From a virus: DNA of 64,000 bases. Shown here in pieces: positions 55,785 to 64,000 of the stretch (position 1 is the first letter of the stretch; the number at the start of each line of letters is the position of its first letter). The notes under the pieces are model-generated. The model did no database searches, was not told the origin of the DNA, and saw only the letters and a list, made by a program, of their open reading frames with translations. The position numbers and the translations under genes are program-made. The DNA lies in IMG/VR virus record IMGVR_UViG_3300036823_000301, positions 10,424 to 74,423 of that record. One strand, 5' to 3'.

Positions 55785-56252
55785 TTACGACGCTTGCGAG
55801 CCATCTCCCAAGACGCTGTCAATATAGCCTACGTTAAATACCCATTCGTTCAATCCACCCTCTTTCGCATAAGCGATATTGGGAAATTTGACGAACGCCG
55901 CAGCACGTGCAACTGTGGTGTCTCCACGTGCCAGATCCGACACAAGTATCACATTGAAGCCCCATACCGCGGAGCTCAGTGATTGAAGATCATACATTGC
56001 TTGTAACAATGAGTTCTGTGGCGACGTTTTTAGCAAACGGAGCGTGATTCGACCAGACTTATCCGCATGCAATGAATGCATCGGAGTCCCATCAGCACCT
56101 ATCGTCATCGTATCCTTGTCACCAAGGCGTTCAATGGTGATGCCCTCTTCCGCTGTGCCTGCGCCCACCCCTAAACTGAACGAGCCACCAGGGCCAGTTA
56201 TTGAAGCTAGGCAGTCTAGGAAAGAATATGTTCCGCTCGGTAAACCCGCCAC
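55785..56252 (-). CDS. Tail tube protein (DUF3277-like)
   Basis: TYSFLD, AEEGIT, MTIGADG..MHSLHADKSG, LLKTSP.N. Confidence 0.9.
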   Translation of the reverse strand: MAGLPSGTYSFLDCLASITGPGGSFSLGVGAGTAEEGITIERLGDKDTMTIGADGTPMHSLHADKSGRITLRLLKTSPQNSLLQAMYDLQSLSSAVWGFNVILVSDLARGDTTVARAAAFVKFPNIAYAKEGGLNEWVFNVGYIDSVLGDGSQAS

Positions 56253-56292
56253 GCCAAAACTCCTATCTTATTCCGCAGTTTTGCGTAATTTG

Positions 56293-57828
56293 TTAACGAT
56301 TGACCTGTATAGCTACGTTAGCAAAATGAATTGCACCTGCAAGTTTACAAGCCACCGAAATTGGTGGAGAAATTCTCTGTTCTCGCAAAGCTTGGCTTTG
56401 CGATGAAATCGGAGGGCAGTAAACATAATAGCCAGTCGTTAACGTATCACCACTATGGAGACTACCAAATTCGAATGTGCTGTTCCACACACCCGGCGCA
56501 ATCAAACCATTATTTACACCAGCTTCCATTGAAGCGGCGACGTTCGTCACCAACAAATGCGTCCCAGCGTCTGTTTGCGGAATCTTCGTATTGGTTTGAT
56601 ACATCAGGTTGAACAGGTTAACTTGAACATTATTCTGCAACCAATCAAGGCCCTGCACTTCGTCGAAGAAGTAGCCATTGATCATCGTGCCTTGCTGGAT
56701 AATCGAGGTATTGTTATTATACGCCGCATAAACATTGACGTTCTTGGCATTCAGAAACTTCGCCTGAGTTTCATTCAGAATTTCCGGGATCACCCCTGGC
56801 TCCTGCTTGAACTTGGCAGTCGTGGTTGAGTTCTGTGCCGTAAAATCGACGGTGAACATGCGGCCGTAGAACGAAGCCACCGCATAAGCATTGACTGTGG
56901 AATATTGCACAAACGTGCGCCAATAATCCAACGCTCCGAGGACGCTTGCGAGATCTTCGGTGGAATTAGTCGGAATCGCAGCCTCATTCGAGGTTATGCC
57001 ATAAACATGTCCACCCGGAAGACTTTGAATGTATCCAGCAATCGACTCATGCATCGCATCTGTAATATCTCCAATGATCGATGGAGCAAACATGAAACCA
57101 TACACGTCGCCATTATTCAATGAGGCCCCCAACAAAGCCTGAGCAGCACTCAGCGCCGTCTCCGCTGCAATCCCAGCCACCGGCACCGAAGCACCAGCCG
57201 CCAAAGTCAATCCTAACAACCCAGAGACGTCTGTCGCACCACCGACAGATGATGTCGTGGCATAGCTTACCGACGACGACACCCCTGTCGTGCCTGACGT
57301 GATAACAAATCGATTGAATGAATCGATACCAAACGTGCATGTGGTACCAGCCAAGAAACCGGTCAACGCGTTCTGAATAATCGTCGCAACGCCGTTCAGA
57401 TTCGTGATAGAGCTGAAGTTCAAACCTGAAACGTCATGACCAACGCTGTTCAAAACAATATGAAAGCTGCCATTAGAAATAGTTTGAAGCGTTGAGACCA
57501 GCGATGCCTGCGCTGCGGGGTTCAGGGGGAGACCCAGCAGCTGACCTGGGGTGGCGAATTGTGCCCAGCGACCGATGTATAAAATGGATGGTTGCGGCGC
57601 TTGACCGAAAAAAAGCGAAGCAGCCTGCCACTCCGGCATCGTGCTACCGTAGTCGTCACTCACGTCATCCATATCTGAATAAGCACGAACACGACTAACC
57701 ACGTCGATGACGCTCGACGGACCGGCTATCATCAATGCGCCGAAGTTTCTCGTACCCGCAGCCAGCGGAGAAATTGTTACGGTGACGTTAACAACGTCAG
57801 AGACCGAAAGACCTGCGCTACCCGACAT
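56293..57828 (-). CDS. Tail sheath protein (DUF3383-like)
   Basis: VVNVTV, FFGQ.PQP, KFKQEPG, G.FFDE..G.DWL, KIPQTD.G, AGAIH. Confidence 0.92.
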   Translation of the reverse strand: MSGSAGLSVSDVVNVTVTISPLAAGTRNFGALMIAGPSSVIDVVSRVRAYSDMDDVSDDYGSTMPEWQAASLFFGQAPQPSILYIGRWAQFATPGQLLGLPLNPAAQASLVSTLQTISNGSFHIVLNSVGHDVSGLNFSSITNLNGVATIIQNALTGFLAGTTCTFGIDSFNRFVITSGTTGVSSSVSYATTSSVGGATDVSGLLGLTLAAGASVPVAGIAAETALSAAQALLGASLNNGDVYGFMFAPSIIGDITDAMHESIAGYIQSLPGGHVYGITSNEAAIPTNSTEDLASVLGALDYWRTFVQYSTVNAYAVASFYGRMFTVDFTAQNSTTTAKFKQEPGVIPEILNETQAKFLNAKNVNVYAAYNNNTSIIQQGTMINGYFFDEVQGLDWLQNNVQVNLFNLMYQTNTKIPQTDAGTHLLVTNVAASMEAGVNNGLIAPGVWNSTFEFGSLHSGDTLTTGYYVYCPPISSQSQALREQRISPPISVACKLAGAIHFANVAIQVNR

Positions 57829-57845
57829 CTAGTTCGGCCCTCGCG

Positions 57846-58460
57846 TTATGAGTTAGATACAACAACTTTAGCGGTCATCAGCGGTGATTCATCGACGCTA
57901 AAATCCACTTCGGCAGACACAAGATTCTCAATGGCGTAATTCCGGTGTATCTCACGATCCAAAATCATCGATACATCGCAGTGACTGATCCATTGCATAT
58001 TTACAAGATCGGGTATGAGCCTGACTACACCTACCTCACGTAGCTTGATGGCCACGGGGACTAGAATCTCACGATTCTGGGAAATATACATCCCAGCTCG
58101 CAAAGTCGAAGCATTCGACCGACAATTTGGCCCGAAAAAGCTAGCCAATACCTCAATCGTCTCCCAGGTCACCTGGACAGTGTAACCGTCCCCGGCCCCT
58201 ACCTGATATTCGAAGGGATAGTCGTGTGTCTCTTGCTGCACGATCCCAATCGACGCCCAGTCGGTGTCAGGGGGAGGCTGGGTCGGTGGTGCGTTTGGGT
58301 TGCTGCTTGGCCGCTGCCAACGTGGGCGCACAAGCGTCCCTGGCAGCCCAGTCACACCGACAACGAGCTGTTGAAGTAAGTCATCCAACGCGGCGTCGTT
58401 GAGCGGAACAGCATTGCTCTGAAGCAGCGGACCGCCTGTAGCGCTCGTGTTTCCACTCAT
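57846..58460 (-). CDS. Neck/tail terminator protein
   Basis: N.SATGG.L, GVTGLPG.LVRPRWQ, QNR; immediately upstream of the sheath gene. Confidence 0.8.
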   Translation of the reverse strand: MSGNTSATGGPLLQSNAVPLNDAALDDLLQQLVVGVTGLPGTLVRPRWQRPSSNPNAPPTQPPPDTDWASIGIVQQETHDYPFEYQVGAGDGYTVQVTWETIEVLASFFGPNCRSNASTLRAGMYISQNREILVPVAIKLREVGVVRLIPDLVNMQWISHCDVSMILDREIHRNYAIENLVSAEVDFSVDESPLMTAKVVVSNS

Positions 58461-58481
58461 TGCACGGCCGCCGGATTTAGC

Positions 58482-58937
58482 TTACCTACCACCATTAACA
58501 GCCCCTGGCCCCGTCAGATTCTGGAGAGTGCACGTCACCCGCACATAGCCCTGGCCATAATTCGTAAAATCATCGACGTTAGACACAACGTAAGTCCGGT
58601 GATGCCACTGAATGCTGTCCGCAGCATTCACACCATCGTTGACCCGCAACTGCTCCTGCGTCCAGATATCGATCGCCCCCTGTACCCGCGAGCCATCAGG
58701 CAACATCATCAGCGACCGTTGACCAGCCGGTTGTACGACACCTGTCGTCGTAAACAGCTCCGCTGCAAACTTTGCGCGTCCATCAGCACCGATCGTCTCA
58801 ACATTTCGCGTCACAGTGAACGAATCTTCAAAGTCTGGATCACCGAGAATTTCATCGACATCAATTAATGCCATCGCTCTGCTTTCTAGCGGCCCATAAC
58901 TGCGGCGGCTTTTTCCGAATGACATAGGTGATGGCAT
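58482..58937 (-). CDS. Head closure protein (likely start MALIDV ~58874)
   Basis: DV.E.L.DPDF, GVVQP, D.I.W...Y, YG.GY. Confidence 0.78.
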   Translation of the reverse strand: MPSPMSFGKSRRSYGPLESRAMALIDVDEILGDPDFEDSFTVTRNVETIGADGRAKFAAELFTTTGVVQPAGQRSLMMLPDGSRVQGAIDIWTQEQLRVNDGVNAADSIQWHHRTYVVSNVDDFTNYGQGYVRVTCTLQNLTGPGAVNGGR

Positions 58938-59481
58938 TGCGAAGCTGGCCGGTATCGATTAATGGGGTCAAGTTACCTTGGCCCCATTTCTGAAGATCCG
59001 TTCCCTGTGTCCGTAATCGGCGAAGAATTGCTGAACCCTTTTGCGTGCGACTAAGGCGTCCTTCCACAGTGGAAGTCGCCAGCGGTGGTGGAATACCGGC
59101 ACTGATCCGCTTTTTCACGTTATTAGCAGCCTCAAGCCCAAGCGAACTCATCATCCGCTTCATACCATTCATATCACCTTCGAGCGCACGCAGACCAATC
59201 AGTCGATAGGTGTCAGTAATGCGAGCTTTCATATCGGCTATTGTTGGGCGTAAAAACGGCCGTGGTGGCACCTGAAAGCCACCCGCTCCATGCCCGGTCA
59301 ATCCGAATTCCATAGCATAGCCAATGATCGCATTCGACGCGCCTGAACCGTTTTGCGTATTGCGACCAGCATTGATGTCTGGAATGCCAACAAGCAGCCG
59401 CTGCTGCGTCATCTCAGCAACGTTTTTGATAATCTCATCTACCCTATCGACGGTAATGGTTAACGTGCCTGGAAGTGCCAC
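58861..59481 (-). CDS. Neck/tail completion protein (HK97 gp10-like)
   Basis: LVGIP, EFG...VPPRPFLRP, PPLA.ST, PLIDTGQLRNAITYV. Confidence 0.85.
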   Translation of the reverse strand: MALPGTLTITVDRVDEIIKNVAEMTQQRLLVGIPDINAGRNTQNGSGASNAIIGYAMEFGLTGHGAGGFQVPPRPFLRPTIADMKARITDTYRLIGLRALEGDMNGMKRMMSSLGLEAANNVKKRISAGIPPPLATSTVEGRLSRTQKGSAILRRLRTQGTDLQKWGQGNLTPLIDTGQLRNAITYVIRKKPPQLWAARKQSDGIN

Positions 59482-59966
59482 TAGAACGTCTCATAAGGCA
59501 GAGCATTCCCCGGAAACCAGTTACCGGGGAATGGTTGTGCGCCATTAATCTGATCCGCCCCTGCTCCCGCCATGCGCGCGAACCGGATGAACCTGCGGCC
59601 ATAACTGGTCATGTTCCACTGGCCTGCATTCACCTCCATTGCAGACGTCGCATCATAGCTGACATTGACGGCACCAACAGCTTTGCTGGTTATCGGACCA
59701 GCTGGTGTGTTTCGGCCTTTCGACACAGCTCCCTCATCTTGTGCATCAAGCACCAGAAAATGCGCTGCGAATAGCTCCTGGCCTATCGTCCACATGTCAT
59801 ACCAACGATTCGCCGGCAACATATTCCCTGCTAATGTCAAATACATCGTCACTGACGCGTTCTGATATTTTTCAATATCTTTGAACGCCGGAAAATCAGC
59901 CCGAAACTGGTCATTGCTGACAAAAGGAGAAACTGTTGCAACCATGCGCTTACGTCTTATCAGCAA
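59481..59966 (-). CDS. Head-tail adaptor (DUF4054-like; likely start MVATV)
   Basis: FRADFPAF, LFAAH.L, SK.VG.V.VSYD, WN.T.YG.RF. Confidence 0.85.
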   Translation of the reverse strand: MLIRRKRMVATVSPFVSNDQFRADFPAFKDIEKYQNASVTMYLTLAGNMLPANRWYDMWTIGQELFAAHFLVLDAQDEGAVSKGRNTPAGPITSKAVGAVNVSYDATSAMEVNAGQWNMTSYGRRFIRFARMAGAGADQINGAQPFPGNWFPGNALPYETF

Positions 59967-60417
59967 TCGTCATGAAAGCGAGTCGGGCAGCGATTTTTGA
60001 GTAATTGATTTCCTTGCTGAGGTCGTCTCCAGCCTTCCACGGACCCGCGCAGTCTTTAATCGCATCGCACGCAGACATGCCCTTGAGCTTGGCGTCGAAT
60101 AGCCGCCTCCCGATGTTACATTCTTCACTGTCATAGCTCGCGCTGATACCTCGTTTCGCTCCGATGACTTCGTCTTTCCAGGTCTTTAACCCACGTTTGA
60201 AGCGATCATTCGAACGCACGGTATGGCGCAGTCTATCCAGCATTGGTGCGGAAGACGCGCCTGATGCTGGCGACAGGGGGACGGAGGTGGCCTGTTCGTC
60301 TACGCTACTGATCTTGCCGGCGTTTTTTGACGCATAGAACACTTGCTCACCTTTTTCACTACCATAATTCTTTTTCATGGCGGCGAGAATCTCTCGTCCC
60401 TTAGCTGTCAACGGCAT
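59950..60417 (-). CDS. Conserved phage protein
   Basis: MPLT.KG..I..AM...YG..KGE.VFYASKNAG.I N-terminal motif. Confidence 0.7.
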   Translation of the reverse strand: MPLTAKGREILAAMKKNYGSEKGEQVFYASKNAGKISSVDEQATSVPLSPASGASSAPMLDRLRHTVRSNDRFKRGLKTWKDEVIGAKRGISASYDSEECNIGRRLFDAKLKGMSACDAIKDCAGPWKAGDDLSKEINYSKIAARLAFMTIADKT

Positions 60418-60453
60418 GGCTTTTACCCGTTCCTGAAAACCTACGTGAACTGT

Positions 60454-60981
60454 TTACCCCTGTATTCGAGCATCCTCTAGGCCAGATTCATCACCGCCCA
60501 TGCGATCACGTAAATCCGCAAACTGCTGCCGGCGACTTTCCGCGATCGCTTCGTTCTCGCGCTGCTTCTTGATGGCAGATTCGATGTTTCGCAGCCGCAG
60601 TTCCCGCTGCTGATGCTCCGCAAACAGTAGCGTGCCGGCACTAATCTCCACCGGTGGTGGATGATCGGTGAACGCCTGTAGATATGGGTGTTCCGCATCT
60701 TTCAATGGCACATCATAGAATCCCGGCATTCCGCAATTGGATTCCTTGGGATCGAATGTCTGTGCCGTATGATCGTCCCGATTCAATGTAAACCGGCGAA
60801 TGATCCGCACACGAACCAGATGTGGCACTATCTCCCCCTGCTCATCATTGTGAGCGTCGTCCACCGGATCGTCAGCTTTGAGAACAGTTGCCTCTACAGG
60901 CAAAATCGTGATCGGCCCATTCCGAACAGTCTTGTCCTCGACTTCAGCCTCAGTAGGTATTTCTATCTTTCGCGGTGGCAT
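60454..60981 (-). CDS. Hypothetical protein
   Basis: GAGG RBS; lies in the late operon. Confidence 0.6.
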   Translation of the reverse strand: MPPRKIEIPTEAEVEDKTVRNGPITILPVEATVLKADDPVDDAHNDEQGEIVPHLVRVRIIRRFTLNRDDHTAQTFDPKESNCGMPGFYDVPLKDAEHPYLQAFTDHPPPVEISAGTLLFAEHQQRELRLRNIESAIKKQRENEAIAESRRQQFADLRDRMGGDESGLEDARIQG

Positions 60982-62044
60982 ATGCCTCTTCCATCGTATT
61001 CAAGTTGGTTTGTAGCCGCAAATCATCTGGGTTGAATTCCAACGCCTTGTAAGAAAATTCCAGTGCTGGTCCAAACTGCCCCATGTTGTATAGGGCGACA
61101 GATGCGAGATCAAAGGGTCCTTCCTCTCTCGCATATCGTTCATTGATATAGCTAGACGAATCAGCTGGGATATTCGATGCCTTCTGGCAAAAATGGAGGA
61201 CGCCTGGATATTCTTGATGGCGCAACATAAACTGAGCCAGATCGATATAGGCTTCGCGGGACTGCGGATCTTCCAAGGTAGCCAGCATATAGCACTTATA
61301 AGCCGCTGCGGTGTTATTCAGATGCTCTTGACATTTGGCCATATAACGCAGCGATGCAGCCCGCTCAGGTAGCCACTGCGCCGCAGGTAACAAAAGATGT
61401 CGTTGGAACTGTCCAAAAGCTTCTTCATATTTTTTATGAAAATAAAGCTCACGCGCATAATAATGTGCATGTCGATCGTTCAGAGGCTCTTCCTCAACCG
61501 CCATGCAGAGCAGGGGAAGATAGCTTGCTCGGCTTTTGTTGCTGTCAGCATGGTGTTCAATCAGAACGGCATCCAAGACGGCAACTGATTCCGGCTGAGT
61601 CGGGCGTAGAATTTCATGCGCAGCGCCTCGCCACCGATGGGTGAATCGGCCTCCAATCTTATCAGCGAAATAAACCTGATCAGGTTTACCGGAAGCCTGC
61701 CAATTCCAGACGTAGCGATATTTCAATCGAGTCGTGCCTGGCACCCAAGCCGCTTCCAGTAAATTGCGCCAGCCTGGAACCAACACTTCATCCATATCGA
61801 CCTGAACACAAACCTGAATGTCTTCATGGACTGAGGCCAACGCCATGTTCTTAGCATCATCAAAACGCCATGGCCGGATCGCTGCATGACGCAATCCGCA
61901 GCGATGTTCTTTCAACATTTCAACGGTTCGGTCGGTTGAACCTGTATCCAAAACCAATATCTGATCTGCATCAGCAACGGATTCGAGCCAGCGTTCGACA
62001 AACTTCTCTTCGTTAAGTGCACATGTATAGACAGCGATTTTCAT
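60950..62044 (-). CDS. Glycosyltransferase family 2 with TPR repeats
   Basis: [28 protein letters not shown] (DxD), HE; C-terminal TPR-like helices. Confidence 0.9.
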   Translation of the reverse strand: MKIAVYTCALNEEKFVERWLESVADADQILVLDTGSTDRTVEMLKEHRCGLRHAAIRPWRFDDAKNMALASVHEDIQVCVQVDMDEVLVPGWRNLLEAAWVPGTTRLKYRYVWNWQASGKPDQVYFADKIGGRFTHRWRGAAHEILRPTQPESVAVLDAVLIEHHADSNKSRASYLPLLCMAVEEEPLNDRHAHYYARELYFHKKYEEAFGQFQRHLLLPAAQWLPERAASLRYMAKCQEHLNNTAAAYKCYMLATLEDPQSREAYIDLAQFMLRHQEYPGVLHFCQKASNIPADSSSYINERYAREEGPFDLASVALYNMGQFGPALEFSYKALEFNPDDLRLQTNLNTMEEAYATAKDRNTY

Positions 62045-64000
62045 CTAGCTTCCAATTGTTGAATACGATCAGCTTGTGCTTGAACTAATTCGGCTTGAGC
62101 TTTTACCGCAGCATGCAATTCCTGCACAGCCCGCCACAGCACTGGAATCATATGCGTTTCACGAATATGTTCAGTCTCATTCGGATCTTCTTCAGGTCTC
62201 GATTTCAGGTGGACCGCACAATCCATGCCGGTGTGCTTATCAAAAGCATCCCGGACTTCATTTGCGAGGAACCCAAGATGAACCCGTTTGCCAGGACGTG
62301 CAACAGGGATATCAGTCGGTTCATCAATCTCGATCATCCGTGGTTCCTGCAAAATAGCAGGATGTTTTACACCTTTTACGGTATAAAATGCTGGTTTTCC
62401 ATCCTCATCCAAGACTTGGTATTCATCATAATGATAAATTTTGTGCTTCCGTGACCCGGCCTTTTGCCAAGCCTTACCATCGCGAATTTCATGGTCGTAG
62501 TGTGGAACGCCATGTGCTTGAACTGAAACTTCTTTCATCTCACTAGAATGCACGGTCTTCTTTTTTGTTCCTTTTATCCAGTCGTGGCCACCCACGTTCA
62601 TTTTGTAGCTAACTGGATGAAGGTCGTTGACGAGATCTAGAGCGCTCCATTCGTGATGTTGAAGCTTTTTGATTGAATTCTTGATGCGTGAATCGGACGT
62701 GGAAACCGTCGATGTGACGGACCAAATCGATTGCCACCTGAAGCTTGGGTTACCACATCCTACCGTCGCATCGGGTGTTGGTGACACTAACTGCGTGTGA
62801 ATAGCAAAATTGATGGCGCCAACAAGAGACGTATTCTGACTTTGAGTAACTAATTCAACAGCCGGCGCATCCCCTGAATTACTCCAAAGGATGCCATTAG
62901 TCGAACCGCTATAATTTAGCGTAATGGCCGCTGCCGTGAAGTTCGCATTCTGCATATCCAAACCGACTGGGCAGCTCGACGTGTCCACATGTATACACGC
63001 TGACGAAAAGCTCGGACCATTAGCTTGGAAATACATTCCCCACGTCCAGTTCGCGGACGTCGTCGCGCTGTTTGCCCAAAATGCCGAACTGCCGTTCGAA
63101 CCGAGGCCGGTTACACCGACGCCCCACGCCGCTGCACTACCATTAGGGTAAGCACCAACACTATTATCAAGATTATTGCAGTCAACTTCATAACCATAAG
63201 ATGCAACCGCACCGGTTCCTTGGTTACGTTGCGTAACTGTGTTGAATGCCCAGCCATCCGACGTGCCAGAAAACATGTTGATCGCGGCGTATAGCGCGAC
63301 CTTGTCCGAAACACTGCCCCCGTGATTGGCAATGCCTGTGTTGGATGTCAACCCGAACACACCCAGCCATTCGCGACCTGCGGATCTTACGGTGGTGCCT
63401 TGCACACCGAAACCGGTGAATGTTGCCGGAGTCGGGTTTGCGACAGGGGAGATCGCTGCGGGTGAGTTAATATTCTCAAAATCGCTACCGGCAAAACTTG
63501 CCGCAGATCCGGCGGCACCTTGCGCACCCTGTGGACCGGTTGGCCCTTGAATACCTTGTGGACCAGCGTTTCCAGCGTTACCTTGCGTGCCTTGTGGCCC
63601 GGTAGGGCCTTGCAGACCGGCCGGTCCCTGCGGTCCCTGTGGCCCTACATTGCCACCGACACCCTGGGTACCTTGCGATCCCGTTGGCCCTTGTGCACCT
63701 TGGTTACCAGCCGGCCCCTGTGGCCCGGTAGGCCCAGCCCCGCCTGTGCCGGTTAACCCCTGAACACCTTGGGCGCCTTGTGGTCCGGTAGGGCCTACAG
63801 CACCTTGCTGGCCAATCGGACCGGTCGGACCGGTTGCTCCAGCTGAACCTGAGCCAGGGCCTGTGGGGCCGATAGGGCCGGTCGGACCAATCGCCCCCTG
63901 ATTACCTGTGGACCCTTGCGGACCTGCCGCCCCCTGATTACCGGTGTTGCCTTGGATGCCCTGCGCCCCTTGGGGACCTGTAGGACCAGTAGTACCGCTG
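62041..64000 (-). CDS. Collagen-like fibre with C-terminal intramolecular chaperone (peptidase S74); 5' end beyond the window
   Basis: Frame continues upstream of 63405 into Gly-X-Y repeats; [28 protein letters not shown] coiled coil. Confidence 0.88.
   Translation of the reverse strand, partial: SGTTGPTGPQGAQGIQGNTGNQGAAGPQGSTGNQGAIGPTGPIGPTGPGSGSAGATGPTGPIGQQGAVGPTGPQGAQGVQGLTGTGGAGPTGPQGPAGNQGAQGPTGSQGTQGVGGNVGPQGPQGPAGLQGPTGPQGTQGNAGNAGPQGIQGPTGPQGAQGAAGSAASFAGSDFENINSPAAISPVANPTPATFTGFGVQGTTVRSAGREWLGVFGLTSNTGIANHGGSVSDKVALYAAINMFSGTSDGWAFNTVTQRNQGTGAVASYGYEVDCNNLDNSVGAYPNGSAAAWGVGVTGLGSNGSSAFWANSATTSANWTWGMYFQANGPSFSSACIHVDTSSCPVGLDMQNANFTAAAITLNYSGSTNGILWSNSGDAPAVELVTQSQNTSLVGAINFAIHTQLVSPTPDATVGCGNPSFRWQSIWSVTSTVSTSDSRIKNSIKKLQHHEWSALDLVNDLHPVSYKMNVGGHDWIKGTKKKTVHSSEMKEVSVQAHGVPHYDHEIRDGKAWQKAGSRKHKIYHYDEYQVLDEDGKPAFYTVKGVKHPAILQEPRMIEIDEPTDIPVARPGKRVHLGFLANEVRDAFDKHTGMDCAVHLKSRPEEDPNETEHIRETHMIPVLWRAVQELHAAVKAQAELVQAQADRIQQLEAR
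63510..64000 (-). repeat. Collagen Gly-X-Y repeat (GPQ/GPT/GAQ)
   Basis: 9-nt periodicity; reads GPQGAQG, GPTGP etc. Confidence 0.92.

Larger units (their letters stand above)
1..64000. mobile_element. Segment of a tailed dsDNA phage genome (myovirus-type tail module; no integrase, terminase or capsid gene in window)
   Basis: Phage-style replication arm on +, plus a complete neck-sheath-tube-TMP-baseplate-fibre-lysis order on -. Tightly overlapping small ORFs. No host housekeeping block. Confidence 0.95.

Noticed and set aside
1-64000. Prophage boundaries or att sites
   Set aside because: No integrase, host genes or junction visible; lifestyle cannot be determined from this window.

Overview
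About 64 kb of a contractile-tailed (myovirus-type) dsDNA phage genome. The host is probably an alphaproteobacterium; this is inferred from protein styles, not proven. The window has two converging arms. The + strand arm (1 to ~18.5 kb) carries nucleotide-metabolism and replication genes: nrdA/nrdB, thyX, a RecD/Dda-like helicase, a family A DNA polymerase and two DNA methyltransferases. It also has a minus-strand HNH, a lone receiver-domain protein, and a Ro60/TROVE gene preceded by three tandem Y-RNA-like genes, one of which is a tRNA-mimicking YrlA. The - strand arm (64 kb down to ~18.7 kb) is a late operon: collagen/S74 fibre, neck, sheath, tube, -1 frameshifted chaperone, tape measure, baseplate, tail fibres and lysis genes. 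About 21 kb of extra cargo is inserted into the baseplate region: SPRY, GH16, two clan GH-A hydrolases, an S53 protease, GT9 and Ala/Gly/Ser/Thr repeat fibres. Most unusual observations: (1) FN3 domains and a Trp-rich module are repeatedly split across gene boundaries into complementary halves, starting from C-terminal extensions of two baseplate wedge proteins, which suggests strand-complemented 'daisy chains' of enzymes on the baseplate; (2) a three-member Y RNA array with a shared Ro-binding scaffold and different apical domains; (3) an ORF-less group I intron in a small structural gene; (4) strong window-wide over-representation of CCCCCTG/CAGGGGG. All family calls come from motif recognition by eye; no searches were run.
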